Below are positions 35,801 to 48,799 of a DNA stretch of 64,000 bases, piece after piece. The notes beneath the pieces were generated by a model, which was not told the origin of the DNA, searched no databases, and was given only the letters and a program-made list of their open reading frames with translations. The stretch is from Camelus ferus (Eukaryota). The DNA lies in NCBI RefSeq assembly GCF_009834535.1, contig NC_045724.1:16306001-16370000 (forward strand), written 5' to 3'. Positions within the stretch are counted from its first letter, which is position 1. The number at the start of each line of letters is the position of its first letter. Both the position numbers and the translations under genes were made by a program.

Positions 35801-38800
35801 TACTCAAGGCTTCCTCCTAAACTACTGTCCAAGTAGGAGCAGAGAGAAACCAGAGAAACCTTTCCTTAACACCTAACACCAGAGAATTCCCACCAGCTCT
35901 ACCCATTAACAAGAGTGCTATCCTACTAGACCTAAGAGGACAAGACTCGGACCCAGCCACTCCTCCACGGAAGAGCAGAGGTTACCATGCTATGTCCAAC
36001 AGTGACAGAACGCAGCACTCAACCCAGAGCTCTGTGGACACTGCTGACCATGCTTGGCTTCCCTTCCCTTTTTGCCCAGCTATGAAGTAAAAGTGCCCCC
36101 AAAAGACTTCTGGGACTTCAATTTCCATTTCAAAGAGTCAAAAATTACATTGAGGTTCTACACATTCATCCACAAGACGATGAATGAAAAAGGGAAAATA
36201 GTCAGGAAATGCTCAGCAAACATCTCATCGAGGTTGACTCACTTATCTGGCAGCCACAAGCTCCTTCCCCAGGACCACATAAGTACTTACAGGGCTCGGG
36301 ATGGCATCAGGGTCCAGGCGCTTAGGAGGCAGAGGTTGAGGAGGCCCGGGCTGACTGCCAAAAGTGGCTGTTCCTGGGTAGGGACTTCCATAATTGGGCT
36401 GAGGGCCCCGGGCTGGTCCAAAGGAACCTGAGAGACAAGGGCACAAGGTTGATGGACCAAAAATTCCCTCCTTATCTCTTCTTAAGGCTTCAGGGAAATG
36501 ACTAGATTCCTATAAATGTAGAGTTGTGAGGTACAGTAATAACCATTCAGGGAATGACCACATTCTCTGAACTGCAAGGAAAAAAAAAATCTTATATCCC
36601 CACATCCTAGTACTAATACCCTGAAGCTGTCTATCTAGGTCACCACTTAGCAAGCAACACTAAAAGCATATAAAAACAAACCAACCAAAAACTACCTTTG
36701 ACTCCGAGATAGACCTTGGGAAAAACTTACCATTTTGCTGCAGCTGATAGCCTGGCTGCTGGGAGGAGTGCATAGGTGGTGGTGGTCCTGGCGGCCCAGA
36801 CATCTGGGTGCCAGGGGTCAGAGCTTGAGGAGGAGGTGAGGAAATATGGTTGGGCTGGCTCACTGGGGGCCCCCCAAAACTCTGTCCAGGCAGGAGTGGA
36901 CCAGTCATGGAAGGCATCCGAGGACCCCCGGAAGCTGAGGGTGTGAAGCTGGAGGCCTGTGGTAGGACAGATCGCTGGGGAGGCTGGGCCCCAGGATGAC
37001 CCTGGGCCTGGCCCTGAGGATAGGAGCCATACAGACCAGAGTTGGGGAAACTTCCTGAGGCTGAGGCCAGCGATGTTGGTGGGCCTGAGAAGCAGAAGAA
37101 GTAGAGTCAGAACCCCAGTCATCCTGCCTCCTTGTTCAGTAAATCACTTCCCTTTCCACATGAGGGGCAGGAATGACTGTCCCATCTGCTGGGGCTCAGA
37201 ACAAGAAATAAAAGGGATTCAGGAATACCCCTAGAGCCCATTGCTTCTAAAAAGAAGGGAACAGTAACATTTCTGTGATCACAGCTACTCACCATAGCCC
37301 AGCCCCGAAGTGGGAGGGACTGGGGCCACAGCACCACTGATGTGCATTCCAGCCAGCTGAGCAGTCACCTGTGCACTTGTCGGGGGAGGGCCATAGGGCT
37401 GAAGCACAGCTGGCTGGCTGACCACAGGGACCAATGGGGCTGACCCAAATGGCTGAGACCCAGGGAGCCTGTGAAGAGAAGGAAGGCAGAGGCCTCCAGT
37501 GGGCTGGGACACCCTTCCAAGTTGGCAAGAGCACCACATCATAAAGGAAGCTATATTCTTTTACAGCATCTTACTCTCATCTTACTTTCTCTTCTATAGC
37601 TTCATGCTTCTATGTATTTGTGAATAAATTACATTCCTGTGATTATTCATGGAAAATCTTGTTGTCCATTATATTCACTCCAAAACCATATGCCAAGCAC
37701 TCTCAGATCAAGTATTATTTATTTACTCTGCTAGTTAGACTATCACCTCCTCTGCCTCAAACTTTTGTTGACAAACCACCTCAGTTTTGTAATCAGAAGC
37801 CCTGAAGGAGTCAAAAGGGAAGGTGCACAGAAGCACTAACACAATAGGAGCCTAATAAATGTGGGATCAAACAAATGCAGTTTCATTGTTTAACTTTTAA
37901 ACCGAAGTATTACTTTATCTTGGGAAACCAAAGTATTACTTTATCCTGGAAAGATCTGTAAGATCAGAAAAGCAGGCCAGCTAAGTCCGGCATTCTGTAC
38001 TAATCAGAAAGACGATGCCAACTCTACCAGAGTTAAGGACCAGACAAACAGAACATAAATCAGGTAGCCTTCTAAGCTGGGTCTGTCTAGCAAAAGCCTC
38101 GTGACTTGGATAGCTGCATTGGACACTCTCATGGTATCAGATGGCACATTAAAATATAGATACAAAATCATTCCAATATCATTGAATATGAACTAGCAAC
38201 TGCACTGGTGTTTTACAGTAATGTTACTGCAAAAAGCTACAACACAGATTATTATACATAACAAGCTCCTTCCGAGATTTCAAGAATGAATCAATTTCTT
38301 CACAACAGTAGTCTGTTACATTGACATTCTGATTTATCCTTCCTGTTTATTTTGTCTCTACTAAATAATTGGAACTTGATTATATTTGGCTAGCTTCTAT
38401 TAGTCCTGCAGTTGTACACTTTTCATTCAATCATTCTACTAGGTATTTTCTAGGTATTATGCTGGTGAAACTTACTGCCCTAAGCTCTTTGTTGGGCTTT
38501 GCATTTTTTTGTCTTCCATAGCACCAAACATACTGTTAGCCTCATGGCAGATGCTCATAAATCCCTGTCAGAATAATTATATTCCAGGGTACTACTCCAT
38601 TAATGTGGGTAATCCTCTCAACTACCCAATGTTATTCTGCCACATGCCAAATAACAATAAATCAACACCTTATCCATACAGAGCTTTATAATTTATAAAG
38701 TATCTCTAAGTACTTTATTTAATTCTCACAGAAAATTAATTAGGGAGACAGAACAGATAGAAAACTAAGACACTAAGGGTGTAAGTGGCAGATGAACCTA

Positions 38801-41800
38801 GACCTGGAACCCAGATCTGATTCATAGTCCAATGTACTTTACTTTTTAATTGTGAAATACAACATAAATAGAAAAAAAATACGTAAGACATATATATACT
38901 GCTGAATAATTATAATACAAACACCCATGTAACCAAAAAGCAAGTCAAGAAATAGAATACTTTGGAACCCAAAGGCCCTGTATGCCTCTCCTCCATCATA
39001 GCCCTCTCCCTTCTCCCAAAGATACCTACTTTCCTAACTTCCTAATAATTGCTCCCTTGTCTTTAAAACAATATAATTCAATTGTGTCATTTTTTAAACT
39101 TTTGTAAACAGAATCACATCGTACATACTTTGAGTTTTGCTTCTTTTGTTCAACTGTATGTCTAAGAAATTCATCTGTACTGTTGCATTTATCATTCCCT
39201 TTCATCACTAAATGTTATTCCACTAAACAAATACAACATGATTTACCTAGGCATTTTACTATGGATAGAGTTTGGGGTTTTCTGATTTTTTGATATTATA
39301 CATAATGTTGCTATGTTCACTCATATACTTAACTTGTTTACACATACATGAGTTTTTCTAAGGCATACAACTATGAGTGAAATTACTGAATTATATGATA
39401 TGCATATCTTTAATTTTAATAGATAATTTCAAGTTATTATCCCATAGTAGTTGTACTAATTTGCATCGCACCACCAGTGGATAAGAGTTCCTGATACTCC
39501 ACATGCTTAGCAATATTTAGTACTGCTAGACTTTTGAGTTTTGCCAATCTTATGGATACATAGGAGAAACTTGCGGTTTTTAGATTTTACTATTTTCTTT
39601 ACTTATGAGGTTGAACAGCTTTTTAATATGTTCTTTGGCCATTAATATCTCTTCTTTTATAAAATGCCTATTCTAGTTTTTATCCATTATTTTTTCAACT
39701 GAATTGACTTTTTCTTACTGATTAGTAGGAGTTCTTTATGTATTCTAGATATTATTTTATGTGTTTATATCTACTTTATGTGTAAATATCTTTTTTCCAT
39801 TCTGGAACTTATCTTTTCAATGTACTTTCCATTCATTGTCTCTTTGATCATTCCCATCAGTACAAAAACATACAAACATCTAAAAAATAACAACTATTAG
39901 TGGAAACAACCCAAATGTCCATCAACAGATAAATGAATAAACAAAATGTGGTATTATATGCATACAGTGAAATACTGTGATAAAAAGAATGAAATACTGA
40001 TACATGCTACAACATAGATGAACAGTGAAAACATTATGCTAAGTCAAAGAACTCAGTTACAAAATATCATATAGTATACGATTCCATTCATATGAAAATC
40101 TAGGATAGGGAAATCTATAGAGACAGAAAGTAGATTAGTGGTTGCTTAGGATTTGGGTAGTGAGGGATTAAAGGAAAAGCTAAATAGGGATAGCAACTCA
40201 GATAAAGGATAGGATGTTTCTTTCTGAGGTGATGAAAATGTTCTAAAACTGACTGCAGTGATAGTTGCACATACCTGTGAATATACTAAAAACCATTACA
40301 TTGTACACTTTAAAGGGGAGAATTGCATGGTATGTGAAATATATCTAAGTGAAATCATTTAAAAAATACAATCAAATAAAATTCCCCCAAACCTCACATC
40401 CTCCTCAAGCTTTTGGTCCTCTTTCAGCCAAACACTACAAAAGAATTGGTCCATACTCTGTCTCTACCACTCTACTTCTTTAGTTACTATTCTCCTCTTT
40501 TTAAAGATCTTTCATTCTAAGTTCATTTTCCTTTTTTTCCTTAGTCTATCCCTTAGTAGTGTTCTCAACCAGGGTCTACTCATGGTAAATTCTCAGTCTT
40601 TGTCTGAAAATGTCTCTATTTACCCTCTCTCTTAGCTATGTACATAATTCTATGCTGACAATTACATGCCCTTAATGCTTTCAAGTACTAGTCTACTATC
40701 TGCTCTCCTCTAACAGCCACTATTTACTCTAATCAATATTTTTTTTCCACTGAGAAACTCTTGTCACCTGTGTTGAGAGAGGGTGGTTGTTTCGCATTTG
40801 ATCTGGAAGGTACTCTAATGATATTGCCACCCAAGATCAAATTTCTTTTAAAAAGCTTTAAGATATAATTTCTATATCATTAAATTCACTCCTTTAAGTG
40901 TACAATTCAACAATTTTTGGTAAATTTATAGAGTTGTGCAACCATCACCAGAATCCAATTTTAGAACACTTTCACTTCCCCCAAAAGACCCCTGGTGTCC
41001 ATGTGCAGTCCCAAGACCTTTTTTCCTCACTTAATTCACAGCCAGCCTGGGAGAAAAAGGACTACTTATTATCTCCCTCTGCCAGTGTATAAATTTTTTT
41101 TTTCTAGTCTACCTGTTCAGTGAAGATGTAGCCCAGGTCCAGACTTCATAAACAAGGTCTCAGTTCCAAACCTCGACTCAGAAAAGCCCAAGGTACCTGC
41201 TTAAACTTAAGTTCCCAGGTTTTCAGGATGGTAATTTCCACCTTCTCCACAGGCAGCCCTAGTGTCAATTTACCACTCTTGATTTTAAGTTCCCACTTGG
41301 TCTCTGACACTTGAGGATTTCACTTTCTTTTTAGTTTTTAAAGCTTGATGATGCATTTGAGAAAAAAAAAGTTTCTATTTCCTCTGTCTGTTCTAGATGT
41401 TTGTGGCAGAAGCGTTTTTAGGTTATATTAACTTACCTCCCAGCGGAAACTCTTTGACCTACTCCAGCTAGACAGCTGCCTTCCTATTTCCACTGAAACT
41501 ACATATGTCAATAATGCTGAACCTCACCAAACCCAACGGCCAATTCTCAGTCCACATCTCACCTTGCAGCAGCAAATGACACAACTGATTACTCTCCTGA
41601 CTTCCTAAAATACTTTCTTCACCTAGTTTCCTGATGCTACTCTCCCCTGGCTAATCTCCTACCTGTTCTTTCTTATTGTCTTTTGATGGCTCCTCCTCTG
41701 ACCTCCTTTTAAATGTTGGTAAGTTCTCCAAGGGTTAGTCCTTAATTCTACTGTTTACTCTCAATGCACACTTTCTAAGTGATTTAATCTAATTCCATAG

Positions 41801-44800
41801 CTTTAAATAATGTCTGTATATCAAAGACTCTCGAATTTACATCTCCAGTCCTGATATCATTCCTTAGCTACAGCTCTGTATCTACAACGGCCTACTCAAC
41901 ATCTCTGTTTGTTACCTAGTAGCTTTCTTAAACCTATAACATACAAAATAAAACCCTTCATTTCACCCCCAAAATCTTCTCAAATATTCCTCACTTGAGT
42001 GAATAGCACTACTATTTACCTAGTTGCTTGGTCAACACGTTAAGCGACATCAAGAATTCCTCTTTCTCTCTTAACTCACATCCAATCCTACTGACTCTAC
42101 CTTCAAAATATACCCCAGATCTGACTTTCTTACCACCTCTACCACTACCATCCTAAACCAAGTCAAGACCTTCTCTTACCTGAACTACTGCAATGTCCTC
42201 CTCACAGGATTCCCTACTTCTACTCTTGCATCCAGCAAAGTGACCTCTTTTTAAAATAAATATATTTGTTTTAATTTTTAGAGAATGGAAAGAACACATG
42301 AAAAATTTTTTAAAAGTAATGTTTCTAGTAATCACATTTATGATAGTATTAGTATTGTTATACTGAGACCAGTGTGTATAGTGAGGGATAAAATAAATGA
42401 GAAATTGTGGCATATCCTAATATTCTAATTCCATCATCCCCATAGCCTTGAGAACCAAGACACTTGGTGTAGAAGAAAAGAGATGCAGTTACAATGAAGA
42501 GGTTAAGTAAGGGCTCTGTAGTCCTGATTTTGAATTGGAAGTACATATTTAAACTAATGAGGTATTTTATCTTTAATATATGCAGATATGTATTTCTTAG
42601 TTATGTCCACTGAAGAGGCCTAGGAAGTCACCAATCAGGTAGCAATGAACATTCCTAGTGCCCAATTATAGTTACAAAATGTCACTTCTCACCAACAAAA
42701 TAAATAATTTCTTGGAAAAATGGCTAATTCCTGTTCTGGAACATAAAACGTGTAAGATAACCCTGGAACATCTCATCACACCTAAAGATTACTAGGGTCA
42801 TGTCAAAAGTATTCAGGAGTCAACTTGAAGAGGCTCCCATGGGTCAAAGACAGGACACTTTAGACTTCAGTAATGATGATAACTGCAGTGGATCAAAACC
42901 CAGCAAATATGTTTAAATCTATGAATTTGCAATAATATTAAAAATAAGAGTTGGTCACCTTGTAGATAGCAGAGGACCAATTCATTCCCCTGTAAACTAG
43001 TAAATACAGGTAAAGAATCAAGCATTTACTCTCCATGAATTGCACAACTGTTAACCAAATAAAAGATGACAAGAACTGTCTAAGATGGTATTCAAACGAA
43101 TGGGGAAAAAAAAGAATTAGAGTATCACCATTTTGTAACCCAACAAATTAATATATGTACACATTAAACATCAACAACTAACATCACAAAGAGAGAGAAA
43201 TCATGATATTATGTGCCTTCAAAGTCTTGCCCCAGTCGCTGGGTCTAGCTGCCAATTTGCAGGAAATACAGAGGAAAAAGGAAAATATTGAACTGAACAT
43301 GAATATGCAACCAGATAATCCAGGCTGTGGGAAACTCTTCTGGTCAATTAGCTTGGGCTCCTCAACAGATAAACAGTGAGAAAAAGAAACAGATAAAAAG
43401 GAAATCTGTAGACTTAAGTACACATTGAGTTTTTGGGGTTTTTTTAATTGGCAAAACTAAACTGTGGTGTCTAGGGATGTACCTTTGGATGTAAACTATT
43501 TAAAAAAAAAAAGAAAGTGGCCTATAAAAGTTAGGATAACGGTTACTTATGGGGGGAGGGAGAGAGTGACGACTGAACTGGAAGATGCGAAAGGGGCTTT
43601 TGGAGTGTTTGGCAGAGTTCTATTTCCTGATCTGGGTTGCAGTAACAAGGGGATTGATTTTATAATAATGTACTAAGCCATACCTTTGTTTTGTATGGGT
43701 TTTTGGTATTTGTTTTATATTACAGTGAAAAAAATCCATCATATAAATGAACAAATGGGGAACATATTATCTCTAGCTTAAAACTCTCCAATGGCTTCTC
43801 ACTGTAAGTAAAATCAAATTTAAACTTCTAACTATGGCTTAGAAAACACTACATATGGCTCCTGTCTATGTTCCTACCTTATCTCCCCCACTCTCCACTC
43901 TGCTTTAAGCCACACTTGCTCTTCTTCACATCCACCAGACTAATGTCTCCCCCGGGGCCTTTACACCATCGTTCTATCTAAGACACTCATCTCCCAGATC
44001 TTTGGATAGCTCCCTTCACCATTTCACTGAGGTTTCAAGTATCACTTCAGAGAAGGTTTCCTTGATCAATGTATTTAAAACAGCTCCCTACTTCCTCACC
44101 AGTCATTCTCTATATCCTTACTCTGTTCTCCTTTCTTACTTATATTTGTCTACTTGTTATCTTCTGGGTTCTCCACTAGACTATACACTACTTGAGGGCA
44201 GAGACATGGTCTGTTTGATACTGCTTTATCTCCAACCTCCATAACAACATCCAATACATTAATAGTACAAAATAAATATTTTTAAGTGGATTAATGAATT
44301 CCCTGTACTGCTTCTCAGAGTTTTCCAACACATAGGGTTAAGGAGAGATTCCGAGGCTTTCTCCACACTTACATTCAGTGCCAAAAATGTACATTCTGGA
44401 CAGCCAATAAGAATGTCAGAAAGTGACTTTTCACACCCTACCCATAGTTATACTTTATTCTTTGTTTACCAAAAAACGAACAGCACTCCAACAGAGATGA
44501 CAGCCCTCCTTTAATGGACTTCCACGCAAAGACAGGTTTATCAGGTCATGCACCACCACAGTTTTCATCTATTATGTAGTTTTCCTTTGAGTATCTTTCC
44601 TTTCATAACTGGTCACATCCAAACTTAACTAATAAGTCCTACTAAGTGCCTGATCTAGAGGAAAAGGGGAAGTCAGGAGAGACACAAAATAATCCTGAAG
44701 TCCCTTCTTCCTGTTTCCCCCTTAGGATATGCTCATTAGGACCACAGCAATTATTAAGGATATATGTCTAATCAAGGAAAAAACTCAAGTTCACAGAAAT

Positions 44801-47311
44801 AGAAAGAATATGCAAAAGAACCCAGGTACTTAGATGGGTCAATAATCCACAGAGTGGACACCAGCAGCAATTGTAACCTGGAAAAATGAAAACAAAATAC
44901 AAAAAGGTGAGGGGAAGAGGAAAAGGTATCTAAGAGAAAAGCAAAGAAAACAACAAACGAATAGAAGGAAGGAAGGGAGGGAGGGAGGGAAATAGACCTC
45001 ATACATTCCTAATCCTTCCAGTTTCATCAGACCAATTTTAGATTGACCCAAGTACATACCTCTGCATCTGAACAGTGGAGCTTGGCCCATTCTGTACATC
45101 TCCTTGGCCAAACTGGCCATATGCAGCCTGGCCACCAGGGGCTTGTGCTGTCGAGGCTGGAGGTGCCCCTGAAGAAGGTGGGGCTCTTGACATACCTGAG
45201 GGTAAAGGACAGAAACTAAGCGATTGGACAGTAACTGTCTCCTCCACCCTGAGCAGGGAATGCAAAGCAAGGATCAATAAGTTCAGACCTTCACTGCAGT
45301 ATCACAGGCACATTATCACAGTTTGGTAATGAAAAGAACACTATCAACATGCAGCTCCAGCTCCAGCCAATTCTGAACATGAATGTCCAGCCAGAGAGCC
45401 TCCACTCTCCCAGACAGGTGTATTACAGGTGAAGCTGTAGCCAGAGCCACAAAAATGTAAGGCATTCCTGTGATCACCATACACTCTCACTCCTTCCAGG
45501 ACAGTCTAATGTTCTTACCGTAGACAAAAAGTCAACTCTTTTGAGAAAAAAATCCCACTCCAGGAGTCAGAAGCTTTGGGCAGAAGTGAGAAAGATGGCA
45601 CAGAAGATAGCACACTAAACTAGGCTGCAAAGAAAGGCACCTCTTGGGGAGGCAATTCTGCTAACCTCATCTTCATATATTCTACTTATCCTAACCATCT
45701 TCTTTTCATCCACTTCTAAGTGCTGACACTCCCAGTAGCACATGGCTCAGGAAAGTGTTCCCATGGGCTGGAGACTTTGTTTCTGCCCAATAGTTCAGTC
45801 AGGACAGTTCACCTGCCCTCCAACCACTGCTGCCGCCTATGTCTTCAAAAAAGCTGTACTGCATCCTTCCCACTCATCAGAGCTGCCAACAAAACTACTT
45901 CTACTACCCCCAACCATCCTTCCAACATGAAATGCAGGAAGACAGAAATCAGTTTCTGGGCACATCACTTTGGAAACGCTGCTGACCCCTGTTCAAACAA
46001 TTGTTTTTCTTTTGCTCTGTCCTCAATTGGCATTACAACACTATAGAACCTGCCTGCAGGAATATGATTAATCTGAACCTGCTCACTAGCCATCAGAAAA
46101 CCAAATACGTTTTCCTGTCAGTAACAAAGCTTCCTCTGAGGCAATGCCAAACTCCATTTTGATAAGCCAGGACTTGACAGATCAGAGGTGGACTCTGTCC
46201 AGTCAAAGTCCCAACCCAGAGTAAGGCTCTTCCAAAGCCCTGAGACCTAATCTCATCACTTCATAATTTTTCCTTCAAAGTCATAATTAAAACAGTAGTA
46301 ACTTCATTCATTTCTCAAATCTTACCTATACCTCCTTGGGGCCTTTTTTCCCCCATATCCCTTTATGGAATTTACTCTTTTAATACGTTTGGCATACCCT
46401 GTCTTCAGATAGCCTAATCAAAGATCTACTGTCAATCATTTTTTACAAAACCCCTATGAGTCAATCTGCAGATTACTAGCTGCTGTTCTTGAAAAAGTAA
46501 CATAAAAGCCAAACACTAATCCTAAGGCAGCACCAGATCAGTCTCCTCTTATTTCCTTGATATTAGAGAACATCTAAGAAGCAGAGGAAACTCAAAGGAA
46601 AAGGAATGGTATCAACAAAAAGATATGAGAGGCACCAAAAATCAGACACACAAAATCACATTTTTCATCAATGAACTAGTTCCCCATGTCCTAGAGTCAA
46701 TTACAGATAGACCCATGAGTCCAATGAGAGGCATTATCAGTATACATGAGGAACAAGTGATTCCAGACAAACTTTAGGTAAAGAAATAGTGAATCTTGGT
46801 CACTGGCTCTGGAGGAGCTGTGACCACAACCCTTACAACCAGCTGTGAACAATGCAGCTAGGGAGGCGGCACAGGGTGACACCCATGGAAGGTGAACTGC
46901 CATTGAACCTGGAAGATGTGCTCTCACTAGATTCTTAAGGCAGAAATACAGTCACCTTATATAAAAACAGGGAAGGGGAGACCGCCCACAGGGCACTCAG
47001 TGACCGAAAACCAGATTCAACTGGGATTGAGGAAAATTCCAATTACCACAACTCTCTAGGCAGCTTAGATGGGGCAATACAACCCAACCTGAAGACTACT
47101 AAGTCCCCTCCTTAGCTCAAAGGAAGCTTGGAAACATACCCGGGGGAGGGGTTTGCTGATAGCCTGGTACTGGGCCATTGTAGGCTCCATAAGGAGTGGG
47201 GGCGGCTGTGGATCCTGGTTGCCCACCATAACTGGATTGATGATACCCTGGGTAGACAGGCTGGGGCTGCCCAAATGGCGGCACAGGTGGAGCTGACTGG
47301 TTAACGTTCAT
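26827..47311 (-). CDS. SEC24C: COPII inner-coat cargo adaptor SEC24 homolog C, about 1090 aa
   Basis: ATG 47311 ([16 protein letters not shown]), TAG 26827-26829 (...HKEIRQLLS). Coding exons: 47140-47311, 45060-45195, 37293-37468, 36731-37084, 36291-36427, 33588-33699, 33041-33168, 31739-31877 (Zn finger CNRC...CCFC), 31531-(N), 31118-31242, 30767-30958, 30464-30557, 30132-30248, 29622-29792, 29040-29136, 28787-28932, 28422-28560, 28152-28270, 27875-28054, 27439-27630, 27113-27202, 26827-26967. All checkable junctions are in phase. Confidence 0.97.
29270..29480 (-). mobile_element. MIR
   Basis: GCATTTACTACATGCCAGG...CATTTTACAAATGAAGAAAC...TAAGTAATTTATCCTAGGTCATACAGC. Confidence 0.75.
33334..33510 (+). 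mobile_element. tRNA-derived SINE, camelid Vic-1-like, with intact 12-bp target-site duplication
   Basis: A box TAGCTCGGTGG, B box GGTTCAATTCCC, A-rich tail. GACTGACAAAAG flanks both ends (33322-33333 and 33511-33522). Confidence 0.85.
34960..35091 (-). other. SEC24C: Inferred alternative SEC24C cassette exon hidden in an N-run
   Basis: A minus-strand polypyrimidine tract runs straight into the N-run (TTCTTGTTCTTTTGTCTCCCTCCCTGT|NN), with TCTAAC upstream and TGCATG motifs downstream. The exon itself is not visible. Confidence 0.55.
38836..39850 (-). mobile_element. Old L1 (L1M-type) 3' fragment(s)
   Basis: AT-rich degenerate sequence with reverse-orientation L1 3'-end phrases (TTTTAATTGTGAAATACAACATA, CCCACCAGTGGATAAGAGTTCC-like). 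Subfamily not determinable by eye. Confidence 0.55.
39897..40360 (+). mobile_element. L1MB/MC-type LINE-1 3' end
   Basis: TGGAAACAACCCAAATGTCCATCAACAG...GAAAACATTATGCTAAGT...ATAGAGACAGAAAGTAGATTAGTGGTTGC, characteristic of ancient L1 3' ends. Confidence 0.8.
40850..41010 (-). mobile_element. L1M 3'-terminal fragment
   Basis: TTTAAGTGTACAATTCA...TTTATAGAGTTGTGCAACCATCACC...CCAATTTTAGAACA, the usual reverse L1M tail. Confidence 0.7.
41490..42240 (+). mobile_element. L2 LINE fragment
   Basis: L2-like phrases (CCATAGCTTTAAATA, ATTTACATCTCCAGTCCTGA, CCTGAACTACTGCAAT). Confidence 0.65.
42250..43740 (+). mobile_element. L1MC-type fragments, apparently nested in the L2
   Basis: Ancient L1 3' UTR-like phrases (GAGAACCAAGACACTTGGTGTAGAAG, TTGGCAAAACTAAACTGTGG, TTCTATTTCCTGATCTGGGT), with L2-like sequence on both sides. 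Confidence 0.55.
43760..44300 (+). mobile_element. L2 LINE 3' fragment
   Basis: AAAACTCTCCAATGGCTTC...GGGCCTTTACAC...TTGAGGGCAGAGAC...AATAAATATTT...GAATTAATGAAT tail. Confidence 0.65.
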
Positions 47312-48799
47312 TATGAGAGCATCCCCGACTTGGTCTCACCTATTAGATGAGAGAGAAAAGAGAAGTTAGTCAAAATCAACTTACTAAAGAGAAAACATTA
47401 TTCACAGTAGGAAGTAGAGATAGAAAAAGACTGACCTTATCAGGCAGTGATCAGCCTAATAATTCCCACACTACCACAGGATCTTTGTGATTTTCTGCCC
47501 CAGACAGTAGACAAATTGCCTCCTCAAAGTAAGGGTTTTGTTACTCTGAACCTCACGCTTTGTCACTGCCAAGAGGGTATAAATTTCAACTTCAGACAGG
47601 CACAGTGGAATGGAGCAGCAGCCTCCATTCCCCAGCGGTATGATTTCTAGTGTCTAGTCATACAAGGAGTTCTGCCACTGATGAACTACTGTGATATTAC
47701 AGGTAAATGAAACAATGTTCCCAGTTTCTATTCATTCACTCTAGCATCCATTCATTCCACAAAAGTGAATACTCTCTAGTGTGCTAGTCATTTTTAATCA
47801 CACAGACTACATATTCAAAACAAATCAGCTAAATTCCCTCCCCCTCAAAAGACAAATTTTAGACTAAGCAGGTAGAGAAATTACACTCTTTGGCTCAACT
47901 GCAGTAATTTAAACACTACTGCATCCCCAGTCTTCCCACCAAAAGGGTGTATGGACATTAGAATTGAAGCATTAAAATCACTAAATGTAAAGGACAGCTG
48001 AAAACTCTAGCAAGGTACCAGATTAAAACTGAGTGGAGGCCTGGCATAAAAACTTCTCACAATAACCTAGGGAAACAGTTCAAGGATCAGCTGCAAAGTT
48101 AGAGCTAATGGAAAAAGGTCATTCACCTCATCCTTCAAGCAGAGGGACTATGAGTATTCCAAATCCCAGTGCACATCTCCAACTCTCCTGTTTTTGCTTT
48201 CCTTATATGCTTGTCATGAATCTAGGCCACCACCAAAATTATTACAATCTTGCTCAGCCACAGAGGAATGAACTGGAGGGCCTTTCCAGGGTCCTTCCAA
48301 GAACAGGACTATCTGAGCACATCTGCTCTACACAGCCTGATCATTCCAATTATACTATAGACAAAAGGGGCCCAGGAAGCAGAAGTGGTCACAGCTGCTG
48401 CAGTGGAACAATGGGCCTCTCCCTTTTGCTAGGAAGGTCTATCCTGACTACAGAAAAGCTGAGCTTCTCCTGGACAAGTACTCTTTAAATTCAAAACCAT
48501 CTCAGGAGCTGTTCTTTCAAATCCTAAATCTTACACAGGTCACTTACACTACTTACACAATCTTACACTATGCTTGAGAGATGTCCTTTTCCCCTTTATT
48601 TTCCTAAAGTCAGTGTGGGGGTGGGGTGGGGGAGGGAAGGAGCTTCTTCTTGAGGTAAATAATCTCCTCAAACACACCCAAGAGTTTGGAATCAGGCTCA
48701 AGTCTCGACTCCATTCTGGGTGGACAGTCAAGGGTGACAACCCAGGGGGCGGGGCAAGCGTCCTAGAACTCTGAAAGTAGTCGAGCTGTGGAGGCTGGG

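Noticed and set aside
47607-47631. Perfect 9-bp hairpin GGAATGGAG-N7-CTCCATTCC in SEC24C intron 1
   Set aside because: A couple of 9-bp stems with short loops are expected by chance in 64 kb, and it is too short for a pre-miRNA.
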